Origin: Squalus acanthias
Lineage: Eukaryota
NCBI GenBank assembly: GCA_030390025.1
Contig: CM059431.1
Location: 136,402,001-136,466,000 of the forward strand
Length of the DNA: 64,000 bases
Direction of reading: 5' to 3'
Shown here: piece after piece, positions 13,705 through 26,453 of the stretch
Position numbering within the stretch: the first letter of the stretch is position 1
Layout: each line of letters opens with the position of its first letter
Translations under genes and position numbers: made by a program
Notes under the pieces: model-generated
Database searches by the model: none
The model's input: the letters and a program-made list of their open reading frames with translations, nothing else
Told to the model about the DNA's origin: nothing

Positions 13705-13859
13705 GTGAGCTCGAATCATTTAGGAGGAAAAACAGATGAAAAAGTTTACCCTTAGATTGTCTATTAAACTCCACCGGTACACCATTCCTCCTTCTGTCAC
13801 CTAATTTGTAGTCCATTGTTATCATGATCTCACAAGTAAAAGATTGTCCATCAGATTGT

Positions 13860-15366
13860 TTCCGGTGATGACAGGGTTGCCCTCTGAGGAGAGATTTGGT
13901 AGATTGAGCCTATACACTCTGGAGTTTAGAAAAATTAGAGGTAATCTCATTGAAACATATTGGCCCAGAAATTGGACTTCGATGGTTGCCGCAGGGGTAT
14001 CGCGATATTGCACTCTGCGCCTGCCTTTATGGTTTTGGCCCACACGAACTTCAGTTCCTGGGCCTCTCCCTGGTGCCGGCGCGCAGTGTGTGTGTGTCCC
14101 AGAGGCGCAATTAGTTCGATGCGACCTCTGGGATCACGTGGGCCAGTTAGAGCCAATGGCAGCACACCATCTTTCATTCATAGTTTTCACAGGAAGAGCT
14201 GTCAAAACTATGAATACAACAAGCCCCCAAAAGAACAGCTAAACCTCAATTAAATTTTAAAAAAAGCCATCACATTAATAAAATAACTATAGTTAAATAA
14301 TTTAACCACTTTAATCAAAAATAAAATTTTTGAAAATCTTTAAATTCTTTTTAAAAGTTATAAAGTCTCTAAAAAATTTAAAATAATACTTAATTAACTA
14401 CTTACCTTGTTAAAAGGGGGTCTTACGCCTGCTTTCTTCATGTGTAAAATCTTCAATACTTACCTGCGCGTTCAAACCTGAAAAAAAAAACTAAGTGTGC
14501 TGCGTGTGCACAACCTGTAGTGCGCACGCGGTTCACTTAGGAACCGCCCCCTTCGCAATACCCGAAGTGCCGGTTTCCCGCGCATGCGCAGTGCATGCAG
14601 GAAACCGGCACTTCGGGACCTAATATGCGAGAGTACACAGTGCGTAATCTCCCGTATTAGGTCTAATTTTCGGGCCATAAGATTCTGATGGTGATTGGCA
14701 GGGTAGATGCTGAGAGGTTGTTTCCCCTGGCTGGAGAGTCTAGAAATAGGAGGCGGAGTCTCAGGATAAGGGTTTGGCCATTTACGTCTGAGATGAGGGG
14801 GAATTTCTTCACTCAGAGGGTTGTGAATCTTTGGAATTCTCTACCGCAAAGGGCTGTGAATGATGAATCGTTGAGTATATTCAAGGCTGAGATCGATAGG
14901 GGAATCAAGGAATATAAAAATGAGTGGGAAAGTGGAGTTGAGGTCGCAGATCAGCCAGGATCTTATTGAACTCGCCAAGGCTTCTTCGGCAACACCTCCC
15001 AAACCCGGGAACTCTACCACCTAGAATGAGAAGGGCAGCAGGCGCGTGGGAACACCATCACCTGTAATTACCCTCCAAGTTACACACCATCCTGACTTGG
15101 AATTATATCTCCGTTCCTTCATCGTCACTGGGTAAAAATCCTGGAACTTCCTCCGTAAGAGCACTGTGGGAGTAGCTTCACCACATGGACTTCAGCGGTT
15201 CAAGTAGGCGGCTCACCACCACCTTCTCAAGGGCAATTAGGGATGCGGAATAAATGCTGACTTTGCCAGTAATGCCCACTTCCCATAAGAATTTTAAAAA
15301 ATGAATGGTGGAGCAAGCTCAAAGGGCCCTGTATCCTACTCCTGCTTCTAATTCTTATGTTCTTAT
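13860..15366 (+). mobile_element. CR1 3' fragment interrupted by a MITE (13961-14677) and a LINE tail (14971-15300)
   Basis: CR1 sequence gaaacata|taagattctg and cttattgaa|tggtggagc resumes across both inserts. Confidence 0.85.
13961..14677. mobile_element. ~717-bp non-autonomous TIR element, copy 1
   Basis: TIRs tggcccagaaattggac and gtctaattttcgggcca, an AT-rich core, and homology to 18903-19622. Confidence 0.85.
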
Positions 15367-15873
15367 GCAAGTACCAGTGCCGCAATTAGTAGATCGATGG
15401 GTGAAATTGGAAATTGGCAGGAACGCACTCCACCTGATATTCAGTTCCACTGAATTGAATGGAACTGAATATCGGGCGTGTCATGTAACGGTCGGACAAT
15501 GCGATTCCGCAGGTTTTGCGTTGCCGCCTATGTTCAATTTCAGCCACCGAATTTCCTTTTCCCCTCAACCATAGGCTGGATATTATACGCTTGCTCCATT
15601 TTACATTAGTGGTCAAATCGATTAGTGATCTTTATTGTGGAATCTGCATCACATATGACCTCTCAAAAATACATTTTGTTTATGCTCTCTATACGAGGTA
15701 GATTTGAATGCAGGGATCTATGATAAAATAGAGTGCAGAAAGATATGGAGATATAAATATCAGAAATAAAGCACTTCAAGTTCTTCTTCAGGTCAACTTG
15801 TTGTTGTAAATTAAGGGAGAATGCCTTTCATCATTCGGTTTTTACCTGAAATATTATTCGTGTACCAAAGTTC

Positions 15874-16865
15874 ATAGAATCATAGAATAGTACAACACAG
15901 AAGGAGGCCATTCAGCCCATCGAGTCTGTGCCGACTTTTTCAGAGAGCAATCCAGTTAGTCCCACTCCTCCGTTCTTTCCCCATAATCCCTGTAATTTTT
16001 TCTCCTGCAAGCATTGTTCCAATTCCCTTTTGAATGCTACTATTGAATCTGTTTCCACCACCCCATCAGGCAGTGCATTCCAAATCCTAACCATTCGTTT
16101 TGTAACAGAGTTTTTCCTCATGTCACCTCTGTATCTTGTGCCAATCACCTTACACTTGTGCTCTCTGGTTATCGATCCTTCAGCCATTGGAAAAAGTTTA
16201 TCATTATTTATCTATCTAAACACTTTAGGATTGTAAACACCTCTATCAAATCTGCTCATAGCCTTCTCTGCTCTAGATGCAGGAAGGATGTTCCCGATGC
16301 CGGGGGAGTCCAGAACCAGGGGTCACAGTCTAAGGATAAGGGGTAAGCCATTTAGGACTGAGATGAGGGGGAATTTCTTCACCCAGAGAGTGGTGAACCT
16401 GTGGAATTCTCTACCACAGAAGGTAGTAGAGGCCAATTCATTAAATATATTCAAGAATGAGTTAGATATATTTCTTAAAGCTAAAGGGATCTAGGGATAT
16501 GGAGAGAAGGCAGGGACAGGGTACTGAATTTGGATGATCAGCCATGATCTCATTGAATGGCGGAGCAGGCTCGAGGGGCTGAATGGCCTACTCCTGCTCC
16601 TATCTTCTATGTTTCTATGTTTAAGTATAACATCCCCAGCTTCTCAAGTCCATTCTCTTAAACTGTCACCCCTCATCCCTGGAACCATTCTAGTAAATCT
16701 CTTCCGTACCCTATCCAAAGCCTTTACGTCCTTCCTAAAGTATGTTGCCCAAATTGGACACAATACTCCTTATGAGGCTGAAATATTGGTTTATATAGGT
16801 TTAGTATAAATTCCTGGTTTTGTTGCTCTCTGCCTCTATTTATAAAGCCCAGGATCCCATATACT
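15874..16865 (-). mobile_element. CR1 3' fragment with an opposite-strand CR1 tail nested at about 16276-16622
   Basis: ORFs 15912..16187 (-) and 16288..16494 (+). The host sequence ctgctcta|agtataacatcccc resumes after the insert. Confidence 0.85.
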
Positions 16866-17598
16866 TTTTCGCATACACAAAGAACCTACGTATTAGATAT
16901 TTAGATACTTAACCCAGGTACTTATCTTAGAATCCTCGTGTTCTGCGGCCCCACTCCTTCCTCCTCTCCACCGAACTCCTACTATCAACACATTCTCAGC
17001 CTCCACTGTTTTTGCGATCCAATCCGATTACGATTCACCCAGTTCTGTTTCCAAGCTATGTGCCCAAGTAGTAACAGAAAGAGTGCACAAGATTAATGCA
17101 GTATATGTAATATATCTGGATTTTCAATAGGCCTTCGATAACAGTCGACTCATGACTAATGTCAGAGGATGTGAGGTCAGGTGGCAGGTAGCAGAATGGC
17201 TACAAAACGAAAATGGAGTGTAGGCGTTCAGGGCAACTACTCAGACTGGCAAAAGGCGTGAAGTGCTGAGACCACTGTTGATCACAATTTGCATTAACGA
17301 TAAGGCCTCGGGAGTCAGAAGTACAATTTCTAAATTTGCGGGCGACACTAAATTGAGGGTAGGGGTGAGGTGAATACAAAGGAAATGTATGCACTTGTGG
17401 GGGTGACCAAAAATAGAGTCCATAATTGTAAGATAGTCAATAATAAATCCAGCATGGAATTTAGGGGCAAGTTCTTTACCCTTAGAATGTGGAACGCGCT
17501 CCCACAAGGAGTAGTTGAGGCAAATGGCATAGACCCAGTAAAATGCGGCATGAATAACATTCATCTTTTTCGCTCATTTCTTTTCCGCTTTCTTTCAG

Positions 17599-17698
17599 TC
17601 ACATTCGGGACAATCCTCCTGTTACCCAGGAAGCCACGCTGTTGAGTCCAACGTCAGCGGCCAAACAGCTGGAGGATATTATGGCCAATCTCGACGGC
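17599..17698 (+). CDS. LPXN: Leupaxin coding exon 4: HIRDNPPVTQEATLLSPTSAAKQLEDIMANLDG (LD motif)
   Basis: Acceptor ttttctttcag, donor GGC|gtaagt. 100 bp, phases 2/0. SAAKQLEDIMANL resembles leupaxin SAAAQLDELMAHL. Confidence 0.9.
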
Positions 17699-18035
17699 GT
17701 AAGTCACCTGACAGACAGGAGATGTTAAAAAGCAATTGATTGATAATATTTGTGGAGATTGTGGAGTTAATTTTAAATTCGAGCGACAGATTGGGCGACA
17801 TCGATTTGCCCTCTCATTGTACTTCAATACTTCAGTGGAAACGACAATCCGGTGGAACATGAGTCCATAGCTTATAGATGCCGCAGGACCAAATTTTACG
17901 CTTTATAGTCTGATGATCCTGGACAATGTGTAAATTCTGAGTTAAACTTTCCACACACAAACCTGTCCAAACGTTAATCCAAATTTGTCTTTCATTCTAT
18001 GACTTTACGAATTGATGCTTTCCCAGCTTTGCCTA

Positions 18036-18395
18036 AAAGAAAGACTTGCATTTATATAGCGCCTTTCGCGACCGCAGGACGTCCCAAAGCGCTTTACAGC
18101 CAATGAAGCACGTTTTTAAGTCTAGACACTGTTGAAATTTAGGAAACGCGGCAGCCAATTAGCGCTCAGCAAGCTCCCCACAAACAGCGTTGTGGTAATG
18201 ACCAGATCATCTGTTTTAGTGATGTTGATTGAGGGTTAAACATTGGCCAGGACACCGGGAAGAACTCCCCTAATCTTCTTCGAAATAGTGCCATGGGATC
18301 TATTACGTCCACCTGAGAGGACAGACGGGGCCTCGCTTTAACGTCTCCTCCGAAAGACGGCACCTCCGACAGGGCAGTACTCCCTCAGCACTGCA
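18036..18395 (-). mobile_element. DeuSINE-like element (SacSINE1-like), 5'-truncated
   Basis: Minus strand reads gtctttcggaggagacgttaaagcgagg...cccatggcact...ccggtgtcctggccaa, a Deu-domain-like sequence, with L2-type tail aaaggcgctatataaatgcaagtc. Confidence 0.85.
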
Positions 18396-18617
18396 GTGAT
18401 TGCACGAATTGCATTCCTAATCATTGTGAATCAGAATGGGAGCAATGCCATCCGTATATCATAGCAATATTCTTCATTCATGGAACTGTTAATGGCGTGT
18501 CCTATCGCGTGTGTTGGCACGACTCCATCAACGGGTTCCTATCCTACAGCTATGTTGACAGGCGCAGATCACTTGATAATTTATTCACATCTTGCAATAT
18601 CACAAATTCGAATATGA

Positions 18618-19910
18618 CGTGAAATTGCGGCCGGAGGCTTCCCGCGGGCGAATGCCTCAAAACCGCTAGTAAAATCCTACTTACCTGATGGCCCCACCTT
18701 GGAAGACTGACGCTCCTCGGCCTGCAGGCGTAAGCTTGCGTAAATGCCCAGATATCGCAGGATCACGAGTGGTTTGCAAGCGTCCCTGGGATAGTGTGGG
18801 CCGGCCCAAAAAATCAAAAAGGGGGATTCCCATTATGCTTCTGGTGATGCCATTTACATATGGAATCCCCATAAGCTTAATAGGAACCACATAAAAATAC
18901 ATTGGCCCACAAATTAGTGTGGGCGCCTTCGTGCGAGGGTAAGGCTTCCCCGCGTTCTCTCACTGCGCGCTGGCTTTTTCATTCCCAGCTCGCACGAACT
19001 TGATGTTCTGGACAGCAGCTGTGCTGGGCTTGCGTATCCCAGCGGCGTAGTGAAATCGTGCGAGCTGTGGGATCACGTGACTCAGTTAGAGCCAATGGCA
19101 GCACACCATCTTCCATTCATAAATTTCACAGACCTGCTGTGAAATCTATGAATCTTACACCCCCCCAAAATAACAGCTAAACCTCAATTAAATTTAAAAA
19201 AAAACCATCACATTAATAAAATAAGTATAGTTAATTAAATTAACCATTTTAAATAAAAAATTAAATTTTTGAAAAAATTTAAAATTATTTTAAATAGTTA
19301 TAAAAATAAACTTACCTGTCTTTAAAGTCTCTAAAAAAGATATACCTGTAAAAAAAAATTCAAAAAAATACTTAATTCACTACTTACCTTCTTAAAAGCG
19401 GGTCTTACTCCTCCTTTTTACATTTCCAAAATCTTCCCTACTTACCTGCGCGTCCAAAGCATGAAGTGCACAGCGTGCGCGTAGCCTGTAGCGCGCACGC
19501 GATGCACCCATGACCCGCCCCCTTTTCAGAAGAGCAATTGCCGGTTTTCAGCGCATGCGCAGGGCATGCAGAAAACCGGCAATTGGAGTGGGAATACGCG
19601 CACCGGGATCAATTTTCGGCCCTTTATTTTAATATTTATTCAAACCCGTACGCTGGTCAAAGAAGGCCTTACGCCTGCTTTTACCAGGCATAAAAGGTTC
19701 GTGGGCATTCGCTGAGCAGTAGTTGGGTGAATAGCACAACCCTGCGCCAGCGAATGCCCATTCCCTGGGGATTCCTACGATCTGTCAATCTGAAACTTGA
19801 CAGATCGCAAGTTCCGGGTCTGTGGCGCCTGCACATCGCATGCGGAAACCCGGAACTTGTGGGGCACTTAAGAACGCGTACGCTGTCATAGATCTTGGAA
19901 AACCCGGGCC
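18618..19910. mobile_element. Non-autonomous DNA element with a nested TIR element (18903-19622)
   Basis: Outer parts match 26454-27180 (gcttcccgcgggcg, ggccttacgcctgctttt). The inner part matches 13961-14677. Confidence 0.8.
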
Positions 19911-20372
19911 AAAGTTTTTGGGGGCTTGATATTCAGTTTGCGCGGCAGTGCATAACGGACCGCAATGCATCGGCCCCTGTTATATACCTCGCCCACTATT
20001 CAGTTTAATTGTTGTCATAACCATAGGCCGATCCGATGCAGCCATACTGCCCTACACGAAGAATTACTACCCCATGGGCCTTTTATCCTCGTTATGCGTG
20101 ACTCTTTTGCCTGAATAATTCGAATGTGATTGCTTTTGATGGGCTGCGATTGTCATCTGACTGCGTCCCTCGCAGTTTATGCGGTATATTCATGAGTCTA
20201 CCCAGCATTTTTGTTTCAATTTCACTCTTAAAAAAACCGTCCAGCGTTAAGAGAGAAATACAATCATTGAACAAACCCGTTATTGAGGGGCCCCGGTTTA
20301 AAATCCCCACAGTCCGGCATGAAAAGTATCACTCTTCGTGCTTCAGGATAACCTGGCTGTTTTCTGTCGCAG

Positions 20373-20555
20373 ATCCTCAGCCTCACCGAGCCTGCACAGA
20401 CCTCGCCAGATCCGACCCCCGAAGCAGCCCCGCAGGGAGAAGGGAGCTCACTGGACAACATGCTGGGAACTTTGGAATCTGACTTACACCGACTTGGAGT
20501 CAGCACCGACGCCAAGGGGGTCTGCAGTTCGTGCAAGAAACGCATCGTTGGGACA
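20373..20555 (+). CDS. LPXN: Leupaxin coding exon 5: last LD motif (SLDNMLGTLESDL) and start of LIM1 (KGVCSSCKKRIVGT)
   Basis: Acceptor tttctgtcgcag, donor ACA|gtaagt. 183 bp, phases 0/0. Confidence 0.92.
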
Positions 20556-20799
20556 GTAAGTCAGACAACACGGTACTCTTAGCGAGTATGGGTCGATTAG
20601 CACGTAGCAGGTAGGCGATGTTGTTGGCCTTGCGTGAACGCTGACTCATGCCGAGAATTTCGCATGGCTTATGTTATAATCGCTGTTCATTTGTAGATGG
20701 TGCATTTACAACAAAACATCTGATTTGTAGTAAATTGTTAACACAGCTTACACACTTAAAAACAAAAAATGTAATGATAACATTTTAGAGCAGAGAAAA

Positions 20800-21720
20800 A
20801 TAATGCGCCTTTAACTGAGAACAACATTCCGAGGTGCTTCTCAGAAGCACAACCAGACAACAATTGACACCGCACCACAGAAGGCTATATTGGGAGGGGT
20901 AACTAAAAGCCTGGTGAAAAAGGGTGGTTTTTAAGGAGAGGCAGCATCAGTGGCGGAGAAGCAGTGGTGCTCAGGGAGGGAATTCCAGAGTGAACGGCGC
21001 AAGCTGCTGAAGGCACGGTCGCCACTGCTGGACTACAAGGAGCGAGGGATGCACAAGAGGCCAGCGTTGGAGGAACAAGTCATTCTCGGAGGGTTGTGGG
21101 GCTGGAAGAGGTTTTAGAAATAGGGTGGGAGGAGGCCATGGAGGGAGTTGAACAGGAGGAGGAGAATTTTAAATCTGAGGCGTTTTTTGACCGGGAGTCA
21201 ATGTATGTCAGTGAGCACATGGGTGATGGTTGAACGGGACTTTCTGCGAGTTAGGAGAGTTGTGGATGAGCTGAATCTTACTGAGGGTGCAGAATGGTAG
21301 GCTGGCAGGAAAGCATTGGAATAGTCAAGTCTGGATATGACAAAGGCATGGATAAGAATATCAGCGGCAGTTAAGATGAGACATTGGGGCAAGATGTGTA
21401 CTGTTACAGAGGTGTTTTTGCTGGATAGAATATAGGGTTAGAAGATCAGCTTGGGGTCAAATTAAACTCCCAGGTTACAAACAAATTACTTCAACCTGAG
21501 GCATTGACCTTGGAGGGAGATGTCATTGGTGGCAAGGATACGGAGTTACAGGTGGGGCCCGAAGACGATGGTTTGGGTCTTCCCAATATTTAATGGAGGA
21601 ACTTGGGGCAAATCGATAACTGGATATAGGAAAAGCGGTCTGGCAGCACGTGAGGGGGTCGAGGGTCTTAGTGGAAAAGTAGAGTGGGCATCATTGGCAT
21701 ACATGTGGAAACTATGTTCA
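20800..21720 (-). mobile_element. Decayed L2 LINE 3' fragment
   Basis: ORF 21198..21392: ILIHAFVISRLDYSNAFL...RRKSRSTITHVLTDIH, typical of the L2 ORF2 C-terminus. Confidence 0.85.
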
Positions 21721-21734
21721 TTTTGAAGTTGTGA

Positions 21735-22742
21735 AATACTATAAAATGGTTGTTACTGATAGTATAAAATGGTTGATACCGATAGTGCAAAATGGTTGAT
21801 ACCTATTGTGTAAAATGGTTGTTACTGATAGTGTAAAATGGGTGATACCGAGTGTGTAAAATGGGTAATGCCGAAAGTGTAAAATGTTTGATACTGATAG
21901 TGTACAATGGGTGACACTGATAGTGTAAAATGGTTGTTACTGATCGTGTAAAATAGTTGTTACCGATAGTGTAAAATGGTTGATACCGAGTGTGTAAAAT
22001 GAGTGACACCGATAGTGTAAAATGAGTGACACCGATAGTGTAAAATGAGTGACACCGATAGTGCAAAATGAGTGACACCGATAGTGTAAAATGGTTGATG
22101 CTGATTGTGTAAAATGGGTGATACCGATAGTGTACAATGGGTGATGCTGATAGTGTAAAATGCTTGATAGAGATAGTGTAAAATGGTTGATGCTGATAGT
22201 GTAAAATGGTTGATGCCGAAAGTGTAAAATGAGTGACACCGATAGTGTAAAATAGTTGTTACCGATAGTGTAAAATGGGTGATACCGATAGTGTAAAATG
22301 GGTGACACCGATAGTGTAAAATGGTTGTTACTGATAGTGTAAAATGGTTGTTACCGATATTGTAAAATGGTTGATACCGAGTGTGTAAAATAGGTGATAC
22401 CGATAGTGTAAAATGATTGATATTGATAGTGTAAAATGGGTGATACCAATAGTGTGAAATGGTTGATATTGATAGCGTGAAATGTTTGATACCAGTAGTG
22501 TAAAATGGTTGATACCGATAGTGTAAAATGGGAGATACCGATAATGTAAAATGGTTGATACCGATAGTGTAAAATGGTTGTTACCGATAGTGTAAAATGG
22601 TTGTTACTGATAGTGTAAATGGTTGGTACCAATAGTGTAAAATGGTTGATACCGATAGTGTAAAATGGGAGATGCCGATAGTGTAAAATGGTTGATACCG
22701 ATAGTGTAAAATGGTTGTTACTGATAGTGTAAATGGTTGATG
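21735..22742. repeat. 23-bp minisatellite (gatagtgtaaaatggttgatacc), about 44 units
   Basis: Directly visible tandem array in LPXN intron 5. Confidence 0.97.
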
Positions 22743-23206
22743 GCGGATTGGAAATCTGTTTAACATCTCTCCTGATTTTTATTTCCATTGAAGTCACAGC
22801 TCCGGTTTCTTTGCACACATTCGGGGTGAGGTAATTCCGATCAGGAGCCTGATCTGCTTTAAGACCTTCTATTGTTATCGAGGACCATATGTACATCCAC
22901 CTTGAAGCCCCAATTTTAGCGATAACTGCACCCTACATTGTTGGTAACTGAGAATCCTCGACTGGAGTGAGGACTGGTGACAGGTAGTCGTTGAAATTAT
23001 CTAGATCTAGTGGGGAAGATCGCACGCCCCGTACAGAATGGGTCAGATTTTCCCTTACCCTCATTTAAGTGAAAGCAAAGTCAGGAATACAATTGTCCCC
23101 ACCAGCTTTTCCTCTAGGAAACCTATCCCCAGACTTGTATACTGAATGAGCGATTGCTCACCGACTTTGCCTATTAAAGTTGAAACATGTATTTTGGGAT
23201 TTTCAG

Positions 23207-23380
23207 ATTGTCACGGCGATGGGTTTGACCTGGCATCCAGAACACTTTGTCTGCGCTCACTGCAATGAAGAAATCGGAATGAAAGGGTTCTGCGAACGGG
23301 ATGGTCGGGCATATTGCCATAAGGATTACCACAACCTCTTCTCCCCACGCTGTGCCTACTGCAGCGGCCCTATTTTAGAT
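23207..23380 (+). CDS. LPXN: Leupaxin coding exon 6: LIM1 and start of LIM2 ([16 protein letters not shown]...[10 protein letters not shown])
   Basis: Acceptor ttttcag, donor GAT|gtaagt. 174 bp, lies within ORF 23180..23500. Confidence 0.95.
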
Positions 23381-24264
23381 GTAAGTTCTACTGAAACCAA
23401 ATTGGAATTGACATCTCAGTGTGCATTAAGAATATTTAATTATGTCAGTCCCTTAATGATTCCAAACCATTGTTTTTGCATGTTTGGAAGGCTGGTATAA
23501 TCGTACAATGCTCACCATATTTATCATTAATTTCAATCGAAGAATAAGTTGTGGCATTGGACATGGATGGGGATGCAAGACTGGCGATATTGGATTTTTT
23601 GCCCGTTATACGCCCAGCTCAATAATCAGTTCCATCGATTTCAATATAATTCAATATCAGGAGTGTTGGATAACGATCGGAAAATGCGATTCCGCCTGTT
23701 CTACACCCACCCCCCAGTCTGATTTCTACCCGTAGCATTTATATAACGCCGTTCATGACTTCAGGTAGTGCCAAAGCAATTCGCACCCAATGAATTACTC
23801 ATGACGTGTAGCAACGGTTGAATGCATAGCTTTCTTGAACACCTGAATATGTTAAGTCTCTTTTCTTGCCATTCTACTACAATCCTCCGTGTTCTTCTGA
23901 CGTTTTTTCATCATAACGATTCTAAGTAGCAAATATGAAATGCTATATTCTCATAGTCCCTTCGACCCCATTTTGTGAAATCAAAATTCATCTAATGGTC
24001 TCCCTCTATTAATTATTATTTGCCCGAAACTCAGATCGGTGGAATATCTTACGGCCTTCAGTACATTCTGCCTCCCGTCAGCTTCTGTGATCTAAGCTGC
24101 GAAATGAAGTGACCACATTCGTATCCATTCATTTCAAATTGAATTTAATGCTGTAAATTATGTTGTTTTAATGGTTTAGCATTAGGAGTTTTGTGCATGA
24201 TGTTCATGGTCCTTGTGATTTGTAGCACTATGTATAGAGAAGTTATTTATAGATTGGCATGAAC

Positions 24265-25320
24265 AGTGAGTAAGATAAGGGCTCATGGGGGTTGGGGTAA
24301 TATATTAACATGGATTGAGGATTGGTTAATGGACAGAAAACAGAGAGTAGGGATAAACGGGTCATTTTCCGGTTGGCAGGCTGTAAATAGTGGGGTAGCG
24401 CAAGGATCAGTTTTGGGGCCTCAGCTATTTACAATCTATATTAATGACTTAGATGAAGGGACCGACTGCAATGTATCCAAGTTCGCTGACGATACAAAGC
24501 TAGGTGGGAAAGTAAGGTGTGCGGAGGACACAAAGAGCCTGCAAAGAGATATAGACAGGTTAAGTGAGTGGGTAGTAAGGTGGCAGATGGAGTATAATGC
24601 AGGGAAATGTGAGGTTATTCAATTTGGCAGGAAGAATTGAAAAACAGAATATTTTTTTAAAAGGCGGGGAACTATTAAATGTTGGTGTTCAGAGAGATTT
24701 AGGTGTCGTCGTAGAAGAAACACAAAGTTCGCATGCAGGTACAGCAAGCAATTAGGAAGGCAAATGGCATGTTGGCCTTTATTGCAAGGGGGTTAGATTA
24801 TAAGAGTAAGGAAGCGTTGCTACAATTGTACATGGCTTTGTTGAGACAATACCTAGGGTACTGTGCACAGTTTTTGTCTCCTTATCTGAGGAATGATATA
24901 CTTGCCTAAGAGGTGGTGAAACGAAGGTTCACTAGATTGATCCCTTGGATGAGAGGGCTGTTCTATGAGTAGATATTGAGTAGATTGGGCCTATATTCAC
25001 TGGAGATTAGAAGAATGAGAGGTGATCTCATTTAGAAATATAAGATACTGAGGGGAATTGATAGGGTGGATGCTGAGATGTTGTTTCCCCTGGCTGGTGA
25101 GTCTTCACTCTGAGGGTTGCAAATCTTTGGAATTCTCTTCCTCAAAAGTCTGTGGATGCTGAATCGTTGAGTAGATGTTTGGACTTTAGGGGGATCAAGG
25201 TATATGGGGACCAGGCGGGAAAGTGGAGTTGAGGTCGAAGATCAGCCATGATCTTATTGAATGACGGAGCAAACTCGAAGGGTCATATGGCCTACTCCTG
25301 CTCCTAATTCTTATGTTCGT
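24265..25320 (+). mobile_element. CR1 LINE 3' fragment
   Basis: ORF 24266..24640 (QGSVLGP, KFADDTK) followed by the tail. Confidence 0.92.
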
Positions 25321-25664
25321 ACAGTATTATGAGAATCTGGTTTCTTAGAACCACCAAACAGTCAGTGAGGGTGGAATTAGACATGGGCCAGGACGCAAAA
25401 GAGGCAGAATCGAATTCCCCTCCCGTTATACCACACGCCCGATATTCATTTCTATTGATGCCATCGGAAATGAATATCGGGCCGGGCGTATAACGGGCGA
25501 CCGTTGCGATAGCACTCCTGTTGCGCTACACCCAGTAGGAATCTCTACCCCAGTAAGTGTGAAATAGTTACAGACTAGCAGTGGATGGCAGTTGAATGAT
25601 ATTTCCACATATGCCAAATGATCGAGGATTACTTTTCACTTAATTTCATTTTGCCCATTTATAG

Positions 25665-25746
25665 AAGATCCTCACAGCCCTGGATAAAACCTGGCACCCG
25701 GAGCATTTCTTCTGTGCGCAGTGCGGCGATATATTTGGGAAAGATG
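25665..25746 (+). CDS. LPXN: Leupaxin coding exon 7: LIM2 ([27 protein letters not shown](G))
   Basis: Acceptor cccatttatag, donor G|gtaagt. 82 bp, phases 0/1. Confidence 0.95.
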
Positions 25747-26453
25747 GTAAGTTTTCCAAAACTCCTCAGGAGTCCCCAATCAAATTTTTTGGGAGTGGTC
25801 CATTAAATTTTGGATTCATCCAGTGAGATTTTTAATGAATCGTATAACGCACTGGTATAACGTTGACCTTTCTCTCTGCCTATATATGTGCACCTGTATC
25901 TGTAAGCAGCTGAAAAGTGTTTCACGTGAGGTCAATACAATTGGGAGTAGTTTTAATTTAGGGTCGATGGTGCAAAATGGGTGATACCGAATTCGTCGTG
26001 CATTATAAACTGCGCACGATTGAAGGCGGAATCAAGCAGGGTGTATATTGACCCACCAATTTCATATCGCCGGTTTTTCACCGACAATTGCTGTTAAAAT
26101 GACCTCCAAGTGAGTTGTGAACATTTTTGCCAAGTAAGTCCTTTTACAAATTTGAATAGAATGCAGCAAAAATGAACCCTAATTTCTTGTAGTTTGTGCT
26201 ATTTTATTGTTTACTTTGAAATTAATTGATAAACAAATGATACAAAATGAATAGGACGGACATGCCCAGCAGACAGTGAACAATAGGGTATATTAAAGTA
26301 GCTGCATAACTTCAGCAATTCTGCACCATTATTTCCATTGGTTGAATGGAATCCTGATAAGGTGGCTCTTATAATTCAGAGCCATCTCCTTGTGGATTCC
26401 AATGAAATCCTTTTGCACACGCTTGTTAACCAACCCGCCCGAGGGGACACACT

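Noticed and set aside
20341..20372. Upstream acceptor cttcag at 20346 for exon 5
   Set aside because: It is 26 nt upstream and out of frame with the phase-0 donor of exon 4.
21803..22896. His/Tyr/Thr-rich ORFs on the minus strand
   Set aside because: Products of the 23-bp minisatellite read in several frames.
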